Assembly (NCBI GenBank): GCA_965367815.1
Contig: CBDUKN010000005.1
Coordinates: 64,001-128,000 of the forward strand
Length of the DNA: 64,000 bases
Direction: 5' to 3'
Origin: an uncultured Thermoprotei archaeon
GTDB lineage: Archaea > Thermoproteota > Thermoprotei > Thermofilales > B15-G2
Shown here: in pieces, positions 10,195 to 20,630 of the stretch
Position numbering within the stretch: position 1 is the first letter of the stretch
How the letters are laid out: the number at the start of each line of letters is the position of its first letter
Made by a program: the position numbers and the translations under genes
Notes under the pieces: generated by a model
Seen by the model: only the letters and a program-made list of their open reading frames with translations
Told to the model about the DNA's origin: nothing
Database searches by the model: none

Positions 10195-10908
10195 GTGGCA
10201 TTGAAGAATACAAGTACTAAGAAAATAGTTTTTACTGCGATCGGCGCAGCTTTAGTTTTCCTAGGCACTGTTGCTATCTCAATATACATCCCTGAAACAA
10301 AAGGCTACTTTAACATAGGAGAATCTATGGTATATACTATTGCTTTGCTTTTCGGTCCTACTATAGGTGGAGTAGCTGGAGGACTAGGATCTGCTCTAGC
10401 TGATATAGCGTTAGGCTACTACCATTATGCTCCAGCTACATTTGTAATAAAGTTTATTGAAGGATTTTTAGCGGGATATATTTACTACAAGCTGAAAAGA
10501 TATTCTGAAAAAAAGTTGACTATAATAGGTTTTATTATTCCAGTAGGCTTAGTTGCTTTAGGAACATACTACTATAGCGCATACGCTGAGCTCACTTTAT
10601 TTGGTATAGCTACGCTAGGGCTTTATGTGGCGGCCTACCTATGGATAGCAGTTGCTGTAGCCGTTGCCTTAATTTTCATATATTTCATATATAAGAAAGA
10701 ATATGAGCTTTCAATTAAAGTAATGGCTTTAGGAATTGCTGGACTAGAGATGGTTCTAGGATACTTTCTCTATGAATACTATGTGCTGGGTTTTGGTCCA
10801 GCAGCATTAGCTGAAGTACCATTTAATATAATGCAAGTGATAGTGGGAAGTACTATAGCGATACCGTTAGCTGTTCAATTAAAGAAAACTGTTAAGGAAA
10901 TATTTTAA
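10195..10908 (+). CDS. ECF transporter S component
   Basis: IP.TKGYFNIGE, GGLGSALAD, YAPATFVIK. Confidence 0.85.
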   Translation: MALKNTSTKKIVFTAIGAALVFLGTVAISIYIPETKGYFNIGESMVYTIALLFGPTIGGVAGGLGSALADIALGYYHYAPATFVIKFIEGFLAGYIYYKLKRYSEKKLTIIGFIIPVGLVALGTYYYSAYAELTLFGIATLGLYVAAYLWIAVAVAVALIFIYFIYKKEYELSIKVMALGIAGLEMVLGYFLYEYYVLGFGPAALAEVPFNIMQVIVGSTIAIPLAVQLKKTVKEIF

Positions 10909-13798
10909 TTTCTTTTAAAACAGTAGTTGTGTAGAATCCTGCTTTTATCTCTACTTTAGGTTTTTCTACTGTAGGTACACACATTACAGCTATTTTGTTT
11001 TCTTTCCTTACTAGAGGTTCTGGTACATAGAAGTCTTTTTGAGGGCCTTCGGGAACATATCTTCCTACTAGCTTTGAGTTAAAGTATATGAGGCATCTGC
11101 AGTTGCTGTCTATAGTTATTTTGAGGGGAGCTAGTATTTTCTGAGGAATATCTGTTTGAAGGGTCCAGTATTTCCAGAAACACTTTTCAATAGTCTTTAC
11201 TGCAGTTGAAGGCTTTTCTTCGAACCACTTTTCTCTAATACCTTGAGTTCCCTCGATTATATGCCATGTTCCCTCGATTTTAATCTGATATACTTTAAGC
11301 AGTACTTTGTTCACACCTTTACCTTCGATAACTATTAACTCTATTTTGTTTTCTCCGCTTCTTAGGTATCTTGAGATATCGAAGCTATACTTCTTTCCTC
11401 TATCCCATGAAAGCCATGATCCGGCGTGTCTTCCGTTAACGAATATTAGTATAGCTCCTCTTCCTTCATGTATCTCGAGAATATAGTTGTGTCTAAGATC
11501 TTCTTCAGTTAACTTGAAGGTGTACTCGTATATGCCTGGACCACTGAACTCTTTTACTTCTTTGGGAGCTTTCTTCAATCTTAGTAGTTTATTAAATTCT
11601 TCGGTATCTAGTGGGTTATTTAAGAGCATTGAATAATCTATTCTTGAAACAATACCTTTGTCATATACTTCTTTAAGCGACGGTATCTCATAGTACTTCC
11701 ACGAGGAAACTTCTTTTTCATCGATTTTACCCAAGTATATTCCATTGAGTACTCCGTTTAAAATCGGCAACATGCCATCATTGTTATGTCCTGTAGCCTC
11801 CAAGACTATGTATAGCTCGTTTTTGTTTTTCAAGTTTTCTGCCTTTAGCTCAAAGCATCTATAGCCGCATCCTATTTTCTTATTGTTTAAGAATACTACA
11901 GCATAGTCGTTTACTAAACTGAAGTACAGAGTATTATTAATGGGTTTTTCTTTAAGTTTAAACGAAATTAAGTACTCGTAGACCCCGTTTTTATAAAAGC
12001 CTACTTTTTCTAAAGGAGTATAGGGCTCGATTTCAGTCATAGCGTTCAACTGCGGTTTATTTTCATAGAATACTTCATTTAGTGGACTTAATTTGAGTGA
12101 AGGAAGCTTTTCTGCGTTAAACTCTATTTCAACGCTATACACTTTTTCTAATATTTCGTTGAAGTCTGCTAGTTTTATAGGAGATATTATAGTTGCTGTT
12201 CTCTTAGAGCTAATATAGTCTTCAAATACTACTTTGCTGTCCTCTGCTTCTCTCATAAAGTAGATATCTGATATAACAATGAATTTGCCTAAACTGTTTT
12301 CAAATATCCATGTTTTGCTTGCTCGCTCTTTTGTAGTAAACACTAGAAGTAGAGTTCTGCCACCTGAGGTAAGTTCCACTAAATAGTCTTTCTTACCTTG
12401 AATATGTCTAATTACTAGTGTTTTATCTTCTACATTAACGCTTATTTTCTCCGAGCTTACTGACTTGACTTTAATAGGAGTCTTACTCTCTAAAACTGTT
12501 TCATTTTCTTCGTTTTCATCACCGTAAAAAACTGCTACTATTCGATCACCTACTTTAGTTACTAGGAGTGGCTCGAAAGTAGAGTACTTCAATTTAAACA
12601 AGGTCTCAGGAAAAACATAGTTTACGAGAACTATTTTCATATACTTTGGAGGTACTGTGATCCGCGGGATCTCTATATCGCTTACTCTGATTTTAACGCA
12701 GGTACTTTCATCTCGAATATTTCGTATAAATACTAGAGCTGTGTCTCTGCTTTTTCTGCAGAAAACATCGGCGTCTCCTTCAAGTATCTCGACTTTACTT
12801 TCTTCAGCTTCTGTAAGTAGATCTTCAAAAGACTCAATGAATAAGCCGAGGCGCCTAATAGCATAGTATCTTGGCTTAAGTTCTCCCCACTCGCTTATAG
12901 CTGCATCATAGTCGTATGTAGTAGTAATGTACTTTGCGGTAAAGTACTCTGGATTTGTTCCGCCGTGAAACATGTAGAAGTTTATTGCTTTTACACCTCT
13001 GGCTATAGCAGTTTTGACAAGCATTTCTGTCCATCCTGCAGGAAAGCTTCCTCTCTCCGTAGGTAAAGGCTTGCCGAAGATACTAAACCATCCTCCTTCA
13101 AGCTCCATGAACATTAACGGCTTATCTTTCTGGCTCCTCTTAACTTCCTCTATTTTTCTCTCAAATTCACTTAATACCCATGGGTCAGGGTAGCTGTCAA
13201 TAGTATCGATAATAGGTGTTGAGTGAACATATTTGTTTTCGTTAGTAACTATGGGAACATCTTCGCCTAAATACTCTCGAGCTTTCTCGTACAGCACGAA
13301 GTGTAGTGGAACATTACCCCAGAAGTACTCGTTTTCTATCTGAAACATTATTGTAGCTCCGCCTCGACTGCACAGAGTTCTCTTTATGATAGGCAGTATT
13401 GCGTCATACCACCTTAAAGCATAGCTCAGATAAGGCTCTCTAATGGTTCTGAATATATTTGTTTTAGCATACAGCCAGTTAGGATGACCACCGCTGTCCC
13501 ATTCACTACAAATATAGGGACCTGGCCTAGCAATAAAGAAGAGTCCTAGCTCTTTACATAAATTAATATATGTTTCAATATCTCTATCGCCATTAAATCT
13601 AAATACTCCTTCCTCTTCTTCATGCCAGTTCCAAGCAATATAGCTTGCAATAGTATTCAAGTGAGCTCTCTTTGCTTTAAGAAGCCTATCGTACCATAGG
13701 CCCCTAGGAGTCCTAAAGTAGTGTATTTCGCCGCTGAAAATGAATTTCCTCTTGCCACCTATTTTAAACGACTTACTATCATAGCTAACTACACTCAC
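10892..13798 (-). CDS. Glycoside hydrolase family 35 (beta-galactosidase-like)
   Basis: SGEIHYFR, WNWHE, RPGPYICSEW, FQIENEY, NFYMFHGGTN, TTYDYDAAI. Confidence 0.92.
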   Translation of the reverse strand: MSVVSYDSKSFKIGGKRKFIFSGEIHYFRTPRGLWYDRLLKAKRAHLNTIASYIAWNWHEEEEGVFRFNGDRDIETYINLCKELGLFFIARPGPYICSEWDSGGHPNWLYAKTNIFRTIREPYLSYALRWYDAILPIIKRTLCSRGGATIMFQIENEYFWGNVPLHFVLYEKAREYLGEDVPIVTNENKYVHSTPIIDTIDSYPDPWVLSEFERKIEEVKRSQKDKPLMFMELEGGWFSIFGKPLPTERGSFPAGWTEMLVKTAIARGVKAINFYMFHGGTNPEYFTAKYITTTYDYDAAISEWGELKPRYYAIRRLGLFIESFEDLLTEAEESKVEILEGDADVFCRKSRDTALVFIRNIRDESTCVKIRVSDIEIPRITVPPKYMKIVLVNYVFPETLFKLKYSTFEPLLVTKVGDRIVAVFYGDENEENETVLESKTPIKVKSVSSEKISVNVEDKTLVIRHIQGKKDYLVELTSGGRTLLLVFTTKERASKTWIFENSLGKFIVISDIYFMREAEDSKVVFEDYISSKRTATIISPIKLADFNEILEKVYSVEIEFNAEKLPSLKLSPLNEVFYENKPQLNAMTEIEPYTPLEKVGFYKNGVYEYLISFKLKEKPINNTLYFSLVNDYAVVFLNNKKIGCGYRCFELKAENLKNKNELYIVLEATGHNNDGMLPILNGVLNGIYLGKIDEKEVSSWKYYEIPSLKEVYDKGIVSRIDYSMLLNNPLDTEEFNKLLRLKKAPKEVKEFSGPGIYEYTFKLTEEDLRHNYILEIHEGRGAILIFVNGRHAGSWLSWDRGKKYSFDISRYLRSGENKIELIVIEGKGVNKVLLKVYQIKIEGTWHIIEGTQGIREKWFEEKPSTAVKTIEKCFWKYWTLQTDIPQKILAPLKITIDSNCRCLIYFNSKLVGRYVPEGPQKDFYVPEPLVRKENKIAVMCVPTVEKPKVEIKAGFYTTTVLKEIKIFP

Positions 13799-13936
13799 GA
13801 AAATATCTAACTACATGAAAATAAATGACTACACAATTTTCTTCATATTGAGTATACTTAACTAAGATAGTTTAGTACGAGCATAGACTTAGTGGTCATT
13901 AACTTTAAAAGTACTTGCAGACATAAGTAAATATAG

Positions 13937-14749
13937 ATGAAGGTAGTTAAATACATTGCAGCAGCTCTTCTTGCTATTCTTGGGATACTAATGGCATTTA
14001 TAGTAAATATTCATTTTAGACAAAAAATAGAATACGAGTATACTCTAGAAGAGGGATTAATAGCACACTGGACTCTGGACAAAATAGTGGGCGGAAAAAT
14101 ACTTGATTCTATTGGAGAACTGCATGGAACAGTAGTTGGGTCAGTAAAAGTAGCTAAAGGTGTAATAGGTAACGCGGTATATTTCAATGGAAAGGGCTAC
14201 ATAAAATTCTCGAAGAAAACAATAGAAACATTAGGAAAACTAAAGAAAGGAAGTATTTCATTATGGTTTAAGTACATAGATGTTCTCAACAAACAAGAAA
14301 TATTACCCATATTCTATCTAGGCATATCAAGCGAAAAAACAGATAACATGTTTATAATCGAAATAGGACACGCGAAACCCGGCAATAAAAAGCTCTATGT
14401 CACTTGGGTTATAAACGGTAAACCCGTACTCTGTTTCGACAGCCGGGTCAACTTAGAGTCAGGCAAATGGTATCATCTCGTAGTAGTTGTAAGTTATCGC
14501 GGAAACACAGCTTACTTGAATGAAGTTGAGCTAACTAATCGACACTACAACTTTGGGTTCCCTAAGATGAGATTATTTTTAGCAGATATACCTTCAAAAG
14601 AGCTACTAGCAATAGGATACGGTAAAACAGCCAAAAAGAAATCACCACATTTCCTCTACTTCTACGGAGCAGTAGACGATGTACGAATATATAGTAGAGC
14701 ACTAACTGCAGATGAAGTGAAGAAGCTTTACGAAGAAGCAAAGGGATGA
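13937..14749 (+). CDS. LamG/concanavalin A-like domain surface protein
   Basis: N-terminal TM; GLIAHW, GKWYHLVVV, GAVDDVRIYSRALT. Confidence 0.85.
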   Translation: MKVVKYIAAALLAILGILMAFIVNIHFRQKIEYEYTLEEGLIAHWTLDKIVGGKILDSIGELHGTVVGSVKVAKGVIGNAVYFNGKGYIKFSKKTIETLGKLKKGSISLWFKYIDVLNKQEILPIFYLGISSEKTDNMFIIEIGHAKPGNKKLYVTWVINGKPVLCFDSRVNLESGKWYHLVVVVSYRGNTAYLNEVELTNRHYNFGFPKMRLFLADIPSKELLAIGYGKTAKKKSPHFLYFYGAVDDVRIYSRALTADEVKKLYEEAKG

Positions 14750-14823
14750 ATAAATCCATTAGTTCATAATACTTCTTTATAAATATCTCTACTATCGTAA
14801 ACTTTAATAATTTATATAAATAT

Positions 14824-15234
14824 CTAGTATATTTCGAAGTCTCTTGGATACATGTATTTTAATTCTTTAACACCAGAATATTTTCTATCATAGCTGACTA
14901 AGATATCATTTTCTTCAATAGCGGCTGCTGCATGAAGACTATCAAAGTATGTAAGGCCATATTTCTGTCTTAGCTTCCATGCTTTTGTAAAATGTAATGC
15001 TCGCTGTGGTAGCACTGAGATATTATAGTACATAAGCAGATCGTTTAATCTCTCGTAAAAATCAGGAAGTTTTACTACTATTAGTTTCGATGAAATTAGT
15101 AAATCCAGCTCAATTAAGGCGTACGGCGACAGCTTAATAGATTTAAGTCTACTTACTATGTTTTTTGCTTCACTGTGATGTTTATCTGTCTTAGAGGCAA
15201 GCGCTACTAAAATATCGGTTTCAATTATAACCAT
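14824..15234 (-). CDS. vapC: VapC PIN-domain toxin
   Basis: IETDILVA, DKHH, LTYFDSLHAAAA, SYDR. Confidence 0.88.
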   Translation of the reverse strand: MVIIETDILVALASKTDKHHSEAKNIVSRLKSIKLSPYALIELDLLISSKLIVVKLPDFYERLNDLLMYYNISVLPQRALHFTKAWKLRQKYGLTYFDSLHAAAAIEENDILVSYDRKYSGVKELKYMYPRDFEIY

Positions 15235-15482
15235 CTTTCTCTAACCTTTTCTAAAGCCTCTTTTTCTACTACTTTCCTGTACTTCGACATTTCTTTCTCT
15301 ATATCAGTTGAGCCCTTAATAACAGTCTCTGCTAGAGCCTCAATAGGGTCTTCTACAGCCTCAATAATTAATCGCTTCTCTTCAACACGTACTTTAACAA
15401 CATTTCTTAAATTCAGTTTCCTTCTAATGTCAGCGGGTATAAGTATTCTACCTCTAGAGTCAATTTTTAACAATAATTCCAT
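15225..15482 (-). CDS. vapB: AbrB/MazE-type antitoxin
   Basis: KIDSRGRILIPADIRRKL; overlaps vapC. Confidence 0.85.
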   Translation of the reverse strand: MELLLKIDSRGRILIPADIRRKLNLRNVVKVRVEEKRLIIEAVEDPIEALAETVIKGSTDIEKEMSKYRKVVEKEALEKVRERWL

Positions 15483-15485
15483 ATT

Positions 15486-15505
15486 CCCACATATATAAAT
15501 GTGGG
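15486..15505. promoter_or_regulatory. vapBC operator candidate CCCACAT-N6-ATGTGGG
   Basis: Perfect 7-bp inverted repeat immediately upstream of the antitoxin start. Confidence 0.6.
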
Positions 15506-15642
15506 TAACTCACCTATAAATCTCACCATATTCAGCTCTTTCTTACCAAAATATTGCTTAATACTGACAGTCATCAGAAAAGCCTACTCTAGATAATTGT
15601 CTTAAAGGGCTTTATTTAACTCAGAAAACTGCACGAAGTTCA

Positions 15643-15693
15643 TCAGCGAGGGTGATAATCATCACTCGATCAGGCCGCTGAACAGATCATCAC
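15643..15693 (-). ncRNA. Box C/D guide sRNA
   Basis: Minus strand GTGATGA-tctgttcagcggc-CTGA-tcga-GTGATGA-ttatcaccctcg-CTGA; four consensus boxes. Confidence 0.9.
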
Positions 15694-16259
15694 CTACTAT
15701 ACTCATTACTTAAGAACTCAGAGGTCACTTATATGTTCTGACCGTTTACTGTATATGTGCTGTAAACCCGGGTAATTGGCTGAGGTAGTAGTTTACTAAA
15801 TGTTTCTACGGGGGTTTTAGGGGTATAAGTAGTCTTAAGTATGTTAAGATTTTATGAAGTGTACGAGCATTTGAGAGGTGGAGTTGAGTGAAACTTAAGT
15901 AACTTGTATCAACGGCTTTTCTAACCGCTGTCTTAGTTCACACGGCGCTCTGGAGCCTCGCTTCAAGTTCTATGCCCAGAAAACACTACGCGGCTAGCTA
16001 CATCGCCCATGTTGCTACTCGCTATAGTTTCTTAGGACTAATAACAGTATTAGCATTGCATATAATTAAAAGAAAAAGGCAATAGAGTCTTAATAACAGC
16101 TATGCATCTATAGAGTATCTCCTAGGAAGTAGTATTATATTTTTGTTCAGATATCGCTTTCTTAAATGCAGATGAACTAGAAATAGCCATTAAACAGACC
16201 GCGGAATGAACCATCACTCTACCATACTATAATATACCGGCCTCATTTATCTTTCCTAT

Positions 16260-16478
16260 GTGAAACGGATAGTCAAAGTAGGGTCTCGCAAAACTCCCGA
16301 CGGATACTTTATCGCGGTGGCTCCAAGAGAAGCTAAATTGCATCTAGACGGCTTTTCAAATATTGAAGTCGAGGAAGCTGGAGCAGAAGTCATTATAAAG
16401 AGTCGAAGCAGAAGCACCTTAAAGAAAGCTATTCTTAAACTGAAGTCTAAAGGCTTCTATATTGAAGGGTATTTATAA
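16260..16478 (+). CDS. Small basic hypothetical protein
   Basis: 72-aa ORF with TATA-like element upstream. Confidence 0.6.
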   Translation: MKRIVKVGSRKTPDGYFIAVAPREAKLHLDGFSNIEVEEAGAEVIIKSRSRSTLKKAILKLKSKGFYIEGYL

Positions 16479-16506
16479 TTAAAGTATTTAACCTAACTGT
16501 AATATA

Positions 16507-17236
16507 TTATATTTCATTGAGATCCTTTAATAATTCTTGTATTAATTCTGTTTTTATATAAAACCTTTTCTCATTAAAATTTTAATAAATGGTCTGACTT
16601 CAGATACTATTCCTTTAAGTTTCATTATCTTCAGTAAACCTAAAGTACCAATAACATTAATTCCAAGTCTTTTACTACTTTTCTACCCTTTAAATCATCT
16701 ATTATTAATAACATATTATTTTCAATAGCCAATGCTATTGCCTCAGCTTCACCTTCATCTACTACGAGTTTTTAGTGCTGCAACTAATTGACGATTAATA
16801 GGATTCTCAATTTCTAAAAAATTCAGTTGCTTAAAGTAGTTTTCTTCTTTAATGCTGAGTTCTTTCATTAGAGCTGGTGGAATAATTATTTTACTAAAAA
16901 GTATTTCAAGTTTTTCAATAAGTTTAGCATGTTTTAAAGCTATGAGTGGAGAAGTATTCGAAACAGGCTTCATGTAAATACTAGTGTTAGAGTTGTCTTG
17001 CAAGTTTTTCAGCATTTTGAGCTCCTCTTTTAGCTCTTCGAGTGTCCAGTTTACAATGCTTATTTTTCTTTTTGAGAGCTCTTTCATAAAATCTTCTACA
17101 CATAAATCCGCTAAAGAAGCTGCTTGTTTAATTGTTAGTCTACCTTCACGAAAGAGTTCTATAGCTAGAAGTACTTTAGCTTCATTTTCATCATATCCTC
17201 AGGGACGGTAATTCTTAATGTTCTAGTTGACTTCAT
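16507..17236 (-). pseudogene. Decayed UPF0175 antitoxin + DUF3368 PIN toxin pair
   Basis: LAIELFREGRLTIKQAASLA (UPF0175); VSNTSPLIAL...GEAEAIALA...DDLKGR...GTLGLL (DUF3368), broken by frameshifts; antitoxin runs into toxin without a stop. Confidence 0.8.
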
Positions 17237-17360
17237 GGTATTCTCATGAATTATACCAGCTTTGAAGCTAATATTTCTATCCTAAAATTAAGGTGAAAGA
17301 TCTCTACTATGTAGTGTAAGCTCAGTTAAAGATTAATTTAATTTAAGGTATATTTAGAAC

Positions 17361-18137
17361 ATGCGTTATACAGGAGATTTAAGCGTAGATGAAGTTTATA
17401 ATGCTTTAAAAGAGACCGATATTGCTTATATCCCTATAGGCTCTACTGAAGGACACGGCTACCATTTACCTATGAGCACCGATACTTATGTAGCTGAAGC
17501 AGTTTCTCTTTTAGCTTCTGAAAAAACAGGCGGTCTCGTGTATCCTCCAATACACTACTCTTTTGCTGGGGCTACTTCTTCCTTTAAAGGCACAGTAACT
17601 ATACCGTTGAGGCTTCTTTCAGAGCTAGTTAAAGAAGTAGCTAAGTGTCTTTGGAGCCAAGGCTTCAGGAAAATATTTTTCGTAAGTATTCACGGTCCCA
17701 ATGAAATTGCTTTAAAAACTGCTGTAAGAGAGCTTTACGAGTACGACGAAGTCTTGGCAGTATATTTTAACCCGTATTCAGTGATTAGAGAAAAAGTGCT
17801 GAGAGAAGGCTTTGATGAAGCGTGGCTTGAAGCCTCTGTTCTATACGCTGCACTTAAAGTCTTAGGAAAAAGTCATCTTATTAAGAAATACCTTGAGAAG
17901 AAATCCGAGGAAAAGAAAATTCAGATTCCTGGATTAGGCGAAATAGCTAAGAGAGGAGGATATACTGGCTTCAGATACGTAGATTTTACTCAACATTTAC
18001 CTTGGAGACCTAACATCGACCCTGAGAAAGGATTAGAGCTATTAAAAGAAGCTGCAGACACATTAGTCGAGTTATCGATTTCACTAGAAAAATACATCAA
18101 TTATTTAAAAGAAAAAAGCTTCAAGTACTATATTTAG
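17361..18137 (+). CDS. Creatininase family amidohydrolase
   Basis: PIGSTEGHGYHLPMSTD, GFRKI...HGPN. Confidence 0.85.
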   Translation: MRYTGDLSVDEVYNALKETDIAYIPIGSTEGHGYHLPMSTDTYVAEAVSLLASEKTGGLVYPPIHYSFAGATSSFKGTVTIPLRLLSELVKEVAKCLWSQGFRKIFFVSIHGPNEIALKTAVRELYEYDEVLAVYFNPYSVIREKVLREGFDEAWLEASVLYAALKVLGKSHLIKKYLEKKSEEKKIQIPGLGEIAKRGGYTGFRYVDFTQHLPWRPNIDPEKGLELLKEAADTLVELSISLEKYINYLKEKSFKYYI

Positions 18138-18150
18138 ATATCATCGCAAG

Positions 18151-19542
18151 CTACACTTTGTCGTATACTGATGGATTCCAGTCACGTATTTCATATTCTT
18201 CTTTTTTCAATATTATCTTGAAAGGCGGTAAATTATGCATTAGCATTACACCTGGACCCACTATGCTACAGGGACCTACTATTCTGCCCGGCATAAGTAA
18301 TGCGCCGACTCCGGTGCGAGAGTAGTCTCCGAAGAAAATGCAGTTTCCTCGATAACCTGCGTTTCTAAATATCCCCTTGACTAGTACTTTAGCGGGCTCA
18401 TCGTCGAACCTAAGAGTACCTGTTATTGTTCCCGCGCCTATCTCACTTCTTTCACCTAGTATACCGCAGATATGTGAGAAGTGTACTATCCAGCTGTAGT
18501 CTAGGACCACACCAAAGACCTCGGCACAGTGTCCTATCCTAACTCGATTACCTATACATCCGCTTACCTCGCAGTACGGACCTATTATACACTCCTCACC
18601 TATGACTGTAGGTCCATAGATATGCGCTCCATTGAGTATTCTCGTATTCTTGCCTAGCCACACTGGGCCTTCAATACGTACATTATCCTCTATAATTACC
18701 CCTTCGCTTATGTAGACTTTACCTTTAATTACAGCTTTTTCACTGACTTCGGCTTTTTCGTGTATATATGTTTCACTTAGCCTATTCTCCATCTCTTTAA
18801 AAACTGCATCATTTGCATCAAAAACCTGCCATGGCACATCTACATCGATCCAGTAATCATCAACTTCAATACACTTAACACACTCTCCTTCTCTTGCAGC
18901 AACATTTAGGCTATCAGCCAGATCGTATTCTTGTGGAGGAGCTACACCATTCTCTACTTCCAGAAAAATTTCTGATGCTCTATCTGCATAGCAATATATA
19001 TCGGGGGAAAACACATAGACTCCGGTTAAGGCCTTTTTACTAGGAAAGTGTCCTATTCTAGCTTTCCATGCTGTTCTTTTTAGGATACCTTTATCGACAG
19101 CCACCGTAGTGTACTTCCACGGCTCATCTACTTCTTTAATCCAGGCGACTCCAAGTTCCTTACCTGTAAATGCCTTTAAAATGCTTGGAATAACTTTTTC
19201 GCCGAAAACAAGGTCTCCGTAAACAAGCACGAAGGGCTCATCTCTAGTAAAGTTTTCTGCTTTAAGAAGAGCGTCTGCCGTGCCGAGAAGTTCTTTTTGT
19301 TCAACATACGTTATGTTACAGTTGTGTCTTTTACCTGGGCCGAAGTAGTTCTTAATTCTGCCTTTTCTATAGCCTACAACAATGCATATCTCTTTTATTC
19401 CTGTCGAAACAAGTTTGTCCAATATATGTTCTAATATAGGCTTATTGCATACTGGAAACATGGGCTTAGGTCGAAAATAGCTAAATGGGTAGAATTTTTC
19501 TCCTTTTCCTGCAGCTAAGATAACCGCTTTACTCACTTCCAT
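18151..19542 (-). CDS. Sugar-1-phosphate nucleotidyltransferase with LbH acetyltransferase domain (GlmU-like)
   Basis: LAAGKG, PKPM, GTADA, YGD, hexapeptide repeats. Confidence 0.88.
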   Translation of the reverse strand: MEVSKAVILAAGKGEKFYPFSYFRPKPMFPVCNKPILEHILDKLVSTGIKEICIVVGYRKGRIKNYFGPGKRHNCNITYVEQKELLGTADALLKAENFTRDEPFVLVYGDLVFGEKVIPSILKAFTGKELGVAWIKEVDEPWKYTTVAVDKGILKRTAWKARIGHFPSKKALTGVYVFSPDIYCYADRASEIFLEVENGVAPPQEYDLADSLNVAAREGECVKCIEVDDYWIDVDVPWQVFDANDAVFKEMENRLSETYIHEKAEVSEKAVIKGKVYISEGVIIEDNVRIEGPVWLGKNTRILNGAHIYGPTVIGEECIIGPYCEVSGCIGNRVRIGHCAEVFGVVLDYSWIVHFSHICGILGERSEIGAGTITGTLRFDDEPAKVLVKGIFRNAGYRGNCIFFGDYSRTGVGALLMPGRIVGPCSIVGPGVMLMHNLPPFKIILKKEEYEIRDWNPSVYDKV

Positions 19543-19641
19543 GAGTTAAAGTACTCTCGCGAATAATTAATAACTAATTCTCAAGAGATTCGGCTTGTTT
19601 AGAGAAGTACAGAAGGTTATTTAATATTTTAAAGAATAGTA

Positions 19642-20601
19642 GTGTTGATGGAAGTGGAAGTCTATGGTTTAGGTGAAGTGCTAGTAGATATTATTCCTGA
19701 GGAGCCGGGTAAATATCGTGAGGGAACTAGGCTTACTGTACATTTCGGCGGAGCGCCAGCAAATACTATTATAGGAGTATCTAGGCTTGGACATAAGGCG
19801 GGTTTAATAGCTGCTGTAGGCGAGGATCTTTTCGGAGAATTTATCTTGAGTACTCTTGAGAAAGAAGGTGTTTATATTAAGTGGGTTAAAGTCAAGAAAG
19901 CTAGAACAAGTTTAGCGTTTGTAGTGCTTGAGGAGAGTGGTGAGCGATCGTTTTTCTTCTATAGAAAACCTTGGGTCGAAACAGCTGACACGATGCTTGA
20001 GCCATCTGACGTTGATTTGAATGAAATACTAAAAGCTAAAGTAATACATGTATCAGGTGTTTCTACAGCGTATTCTCCTTTAAGCGATACCGTCTTCGAA
20101 ATAATGAAGGCTGCTTACGAAAACGGCCTCGAAGTATCATTTGACCCTAACTACAGACCCGATATCTGGGGCTCTGGTGAAAAGGCTTTGAAAACTTTTG
20201 ATAAGTACTTGAAGTATACTACTTTACTTACAATGGGTTTGGATGAACTTACAAGCCTCTTCAATACATCAGACTACAAAAAAGTATCAGAAAAAGTCCT
20301 AGAAAAATATCCTTCCTTAAAGTGGGTTGCTATAAGGCTTGGAGCGAAAGGAGCCTATGTTAAGACGAAGGAAGCTGAAGCATATCAGCCTGCCTTCAAG
20401 GTGAAAGTAGTGGATACTACTGGGGCGGGAGATGCTTGGACAGCAGGCTTTATTGTATTCCACATACTTGAAGGAAAAGACTTAGAGACCTCTATCAAGT
20501 ACGCTAATGCAGTAGGAGGACTTACTTGCACAAAATACGGTGCTACAACAGCACTGCCTACTAGAAAAGAACTGGAAGATTTCCTAAAATCTGTAAAGTA
20601 G
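19642..20601 (+). CDS. PfkB family carbohydrate kinase
   Basis: GGAPAN, FDPNYR, DTTGAGDA. Confidence 0.92.
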   Translation: MLMEVEVYGLGEVLVDIIPEEPGKYREGTRLTVHFGGAPANTIIGVSRLGHKAGLIAAVGEDLFGEFILSTLEKEGVYIKWVKVKKARTSLAFVVLEESGERSFFFYRKPWVETADTMLEPSDVDLNEILKAKVIHVSGVSTAYSPLSDTVFEIMKAAYENGLEVSFDPNYRPDIWGSGEKALKTFDKYLKYTTLLTMGLDELTSLFNTSDYKKVSEKVLEKYPSLKWVAIRLGAKGAYVKTKEAEAYQPAFKVKVVDTTGAGDAWTAGFIVFHILEGKDLETSIKYANAVGGLTCTKYGATTALPTRKELEDFLKSVK

Positions 20602-20630
20602 TTATTTAAGCGCATAATAGCTTAAAATAA

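Noticed and set aside
15888-16085. Small hydrophobic ORF after an SD-like motif
   Set aside because: TAA at codon 5 and no recognisable family; at most a remnant
16168-16217. Minus-strand C/D-like spacing
   Set aside because: All four boxes deviate from consensus; no recognisable target
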